Positions 62,177 through 64,000 of a stretch of 64,000 bases of DNA are shown here, one piece after another. The notes under the pieces were generated by a model. It saw nothing but the letters and a program-made list of their open reading frames with translations. It was not told the origin of the DNA and ran no database searches. Numbering within the stretch: position 1 is the stretch's first letter; every line of letters begins with the position of its first letter. The stretch is from an uncultured Gammaproteobacteria bacterium (GTDB lineage Bacteria > Patescibacteriota > Patescibacteriia > Patescibacteriales > UBA12465): the NCBI GenBank assembly GCA_964608425.1, contig CAZSNN010000002.1, positions 251 through 64,250 on the forward strand, in the 5' to 3' direction. The position numbers and the translations under genes were made by a program.

Positions 62177-63547
62177 TTAATTATTTTCAACGATAGCATC
62201 TTTTATTTCTAATCCGATGCTATATGTATAATTAGAATCATTTCCAGTAACCTTAATATCGGTTCTTTCAGAGATATTCCTAATAACCATGCCATTATCA
62301 TTTTCGCTCTGAACAAGTACTTTATTTCTAGAATTACTATTTGATAATTCCGGAGCGTTTAAAACCTTAAAGAATCTTCCTTCCATATCAGCTTTAACCT
62401 GATATTTTTGATTGTAAAAATCAACAGTTAATTCCTCGTTAGGCAAGAATCCGCCGCCGGTAACTTGAACTTGGGTCCCGCTATCAACGATAGCCGAGCT
62501 TAAATTTAAAAACAAATTTTCTTTAGCATATGTTTTTTCGTCTTGACCAGCAACAGCATAACCCAGCACCTCTAAATCGCTATTCATGATTAATACACTA
62601 GAATTATTAAAGACAACTACCCTTTCTCCTCCAGCCATAGCTACGGCCTTAAGACCCATAGCCCAACCTTCATCAACAGTAACATCTCCAGTTCTTCTAG
62701 ATGTCACTACTGACATATCAGATTTTTTTAATTTGACTACGCCAAGTCCATTGGCAAAATATAAGTATTCATTACCAGTTGAGCTAACATCGTAGCCAGG
62801 ATATCCAAGGTGTTCAAAGGTTCCTTTTAAAGAGCCATCTAGACCAACCTTTTTAACCGAACGATCATCAGAAAAATAAATATTATCATCGTAAACATCG
62901 TAATAAATAGAACGATTATTATTGCCTCCGTAGAAATTAATTTGTAAATTTCCAGTTATTTTTCTTTGTGACTTATCAAAAATTTTAATTTCATCGTTGT
63001 CTTCACTCAAACTAAAAATTAAATTTTCATTTCCGCCAGAAGAAATATTATAAGGAATTTCGTTAGTTAATTCGTAAGAATCAATAGTTTCCAAGTCCTT
63101 ATTATATACTTTTACCCCCTTGGCGCTAACTGTAACTATATTGTCACCAAATTTATCAACCTTATTATACCACTCCCAATAAGTATTTTTCATTTCCTTA
63201 ACCAAAACTGGATTGCTTAAGTCGGAAACGTCATATTTATAAAGAGTGAAACCAGAAATAGCATAAGCATATAAACGACCGCTTTCAATACTAAGCTTTA
63301 CCCCATAAAAACTGTCATTTTTGTTAAAACGCTTATCAAACGGCTTCCAAGAAGATCTTCTTTGTAAGCCATCCTCACCTAGAGAGAAAAGCTCTAGACC
63401 TTCACTATCCGTAGAAGCTACTACTAAATTATTATTAAAATTTAAAGCATCTCCGGAATAATAAGATTTAACTTTTGTTTTGGCTGGAATTGAAGTAAAT
63501 AATACTACTCCAAACACTAAAACAAGAAATAAAAGGATTTTTTTCAT
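62177..63547 (-). CDS. Secreted beta-propeller-like protein (LVIVD-type repeats) with C-terminal Ig-like domain
   Basis: Signal peptide, repeated segments such as GRLYAYAISGFTLYKYDVSDLSNPVLV, and a C-terminal VQVTGGGFLPNEELTVDF segment. Confidence 0.45.
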   Translation of the reverse strand: MKKILLFLVLVFGVVLFTSIPAKTKVKSYYSGDALNFNNNLVVASTDSEGLELFSLGEDGLQRRSSWKPFDKRFNKNDSFYGVKLSIESGRLYAYAISGFTLYKYDVSDLSNPVLVKEMKNTYWEWYNKVDKFGDNIVTVSAKGVKVYNKDLETIDSYELTNEIPYNISSGGNENLIFSLSEDNDEIKIFDKSQRKITGNLQINFYGGNNNRSIYYDVYDDNIYFSDDRSVKKVGLDGSLKGTFEHLGYPGYDVSSTGNEYLYFANGLGVVKLKKSDMSVVTSRRTGDVTVDEGWAMGLKAVAMAGGERVVVFNNSSVLIMNSDLEVLGYAVAGQDEKTYAKENLFLNLSSAIVDSGTQVQVTGGGFLPNEELTVDFYNQKYQVKADMEGRFFKVLNAPELSNSNSRNKVLVQSENDNGMVIRNISERTDIKVTGNDSNYTYSIGLEIKDAIVENN

Positions 63548-63651
63548 AATATTTTGTTTTAAAAAACTTGATTTTAAACGAAAAAGACAAGTTTTTTAGT
63601 ATTTTTTAATATTTTTTAATTTTTATTTAAAATATCTTTAATTACAAACAT

Positions 63652-63681
63652 AATTGTATCATAAATAAAAAAAAATGTCAA
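63652..63681 (-). promoter_or_regulatory. Candidate promoter of the 62177-63547 gene
   Basis: On the minus strand: TTGACA (63681-63676), 18-nt spacer, TACAAT (63657-63652). The -35 box lies inside the 21-nt perfect palindrome TGTCAATAGCTAGCATTGACA (63676-63696). Confidence 0.5.
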
Positions 63682-63738
63682 TAGCTAGCATTGACATATA
63701 TATAATATAATTGTAATAAATTAATTAAAATTCGATAA

Positions 63739-64000
63739 TTATTTTTTTAGAATATAATTATAAACATCTAATAATTCAATTAAATGCCTTTCTATCTTCA
63801 AATTTTCTACTGATTCCTTAGCCTTAAGTCCCATTTTAATCAAATCATAATCATAAGAATCATCAATAATTTGAGCCAATTCTTTTATATTACCGTTTTC
63901 AAACAAAAATCCAGTCTCTTTATCTTTTATTAATTCGGGCAACCCCCCAGTTCTAGAAGCAATAACCACCTTTCTTAAATTTAGTGATTCCAATAAAGTT
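63739..64000 (-). CDS. C-terminal part of a GT4-family glycosyltransferase (5' end beyond the window)
   Basis: ESLNLRKVVIASRTGGLPELIKDKETGFLFE matches the GT-B E-x7-E / nucleotide-sugar-binding region. The ORF is open to the window edge. Confidence 0.7.
   Translation of the reverse strand, partial: TLLESLNLRKVVIASRTGGLPELIKDKETGFLFENGNIKELAQIIDDSYDYDLIKMGLKAKESVENLKIERHLIELLDVYNYILKK

Noticed and set aside
1-64000. Alternative genetic code (UGA or UAA reassignment) as an explanation for the split K+ channel and CaCA genes.
   Set aside because: - Reading through the TGA at 10066-10068 gives nonsense, whereas a 1-nt frame change gives conserved channel sequence.
- The CaCA break likewise needs a frame change, not read-through.
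- All other genes terminate cleanly next to the following start under the standard bacterial code.

Overview
This is a gene-dense, AT-rich window (hand-counted backbone lines are about 28% G+C). Nearly all of it is coding, arranged in short co-directional operons on both strands.

**Likely origin.** The gene content suggests a reduced-genome Patescibacteria/CPR-type (Parcubacteria-like) bacterium. This is an inference, not a database result. The supporting observations are:
- a TsaC-TsaE fusion next to TsaD;
- a CxxC-x17-CxxC protein;
- many secreted FG-GAP, CARDB and BNR-type proteins;
- a solitary type IV coupling-protein-like ATPase;
- no biosynthetic operons.

**Recognisable housekeeping genes.** tsaD, engB, an ABC-F ATPase, leuS, dnaX, serS, alr, an FtsQ-like gene, a Xer recombinase, a UvrD-type helicase, rnhB, gltX, corA, pyrG, an S41 peptidase, cvpA, metG, rsmI, secE-nusG-rplK-rplA, uppP and rpmA. 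I found no rRNA, tRNA, CRISPR array or transposase.

**Main unusual observations.**
1. Three single-gene cassettes have much higher G+C (about 42-53% in hand-counted lines). Each ends in its own GC-rich terminator.
   - Two encode lipoproteins (37861-38997 and 41400-41912) that share a near-identical lipobox-coding DNA segment (LGTSCQK).
   - One (60372-61181) looks like an outer-membrane-type beta-barrel.
2. A minus-strand operon runs ferredoxin, acidic protein, membrane-anchored TraD/VirD4-like ATPase, a 1360-aa repeat-rich secreted protein, then uppP.
3. The 1360-aa and 494-aa secreted proteins share a C-terminal module of about 130 aa.
4. There are three domain fusions: TsaC-TsaE, GT26(TagA)-Nudix, and UvrD with an embedded DEDDh exonuclease.
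5. Two adjacent ion-transport genes are interrupted. The K+ channel is broken at A8 and T8 homopolymers, and the CaCA exchanger is split at a TAATG junction.
6. The promoter grammar is very regular (TTGACA-N17-TATAAT) and includes one divergent pair that shares its -35 box.

**Limits.** All functional calls come from reading motifs in the supplied translations. No similarity searches were run.
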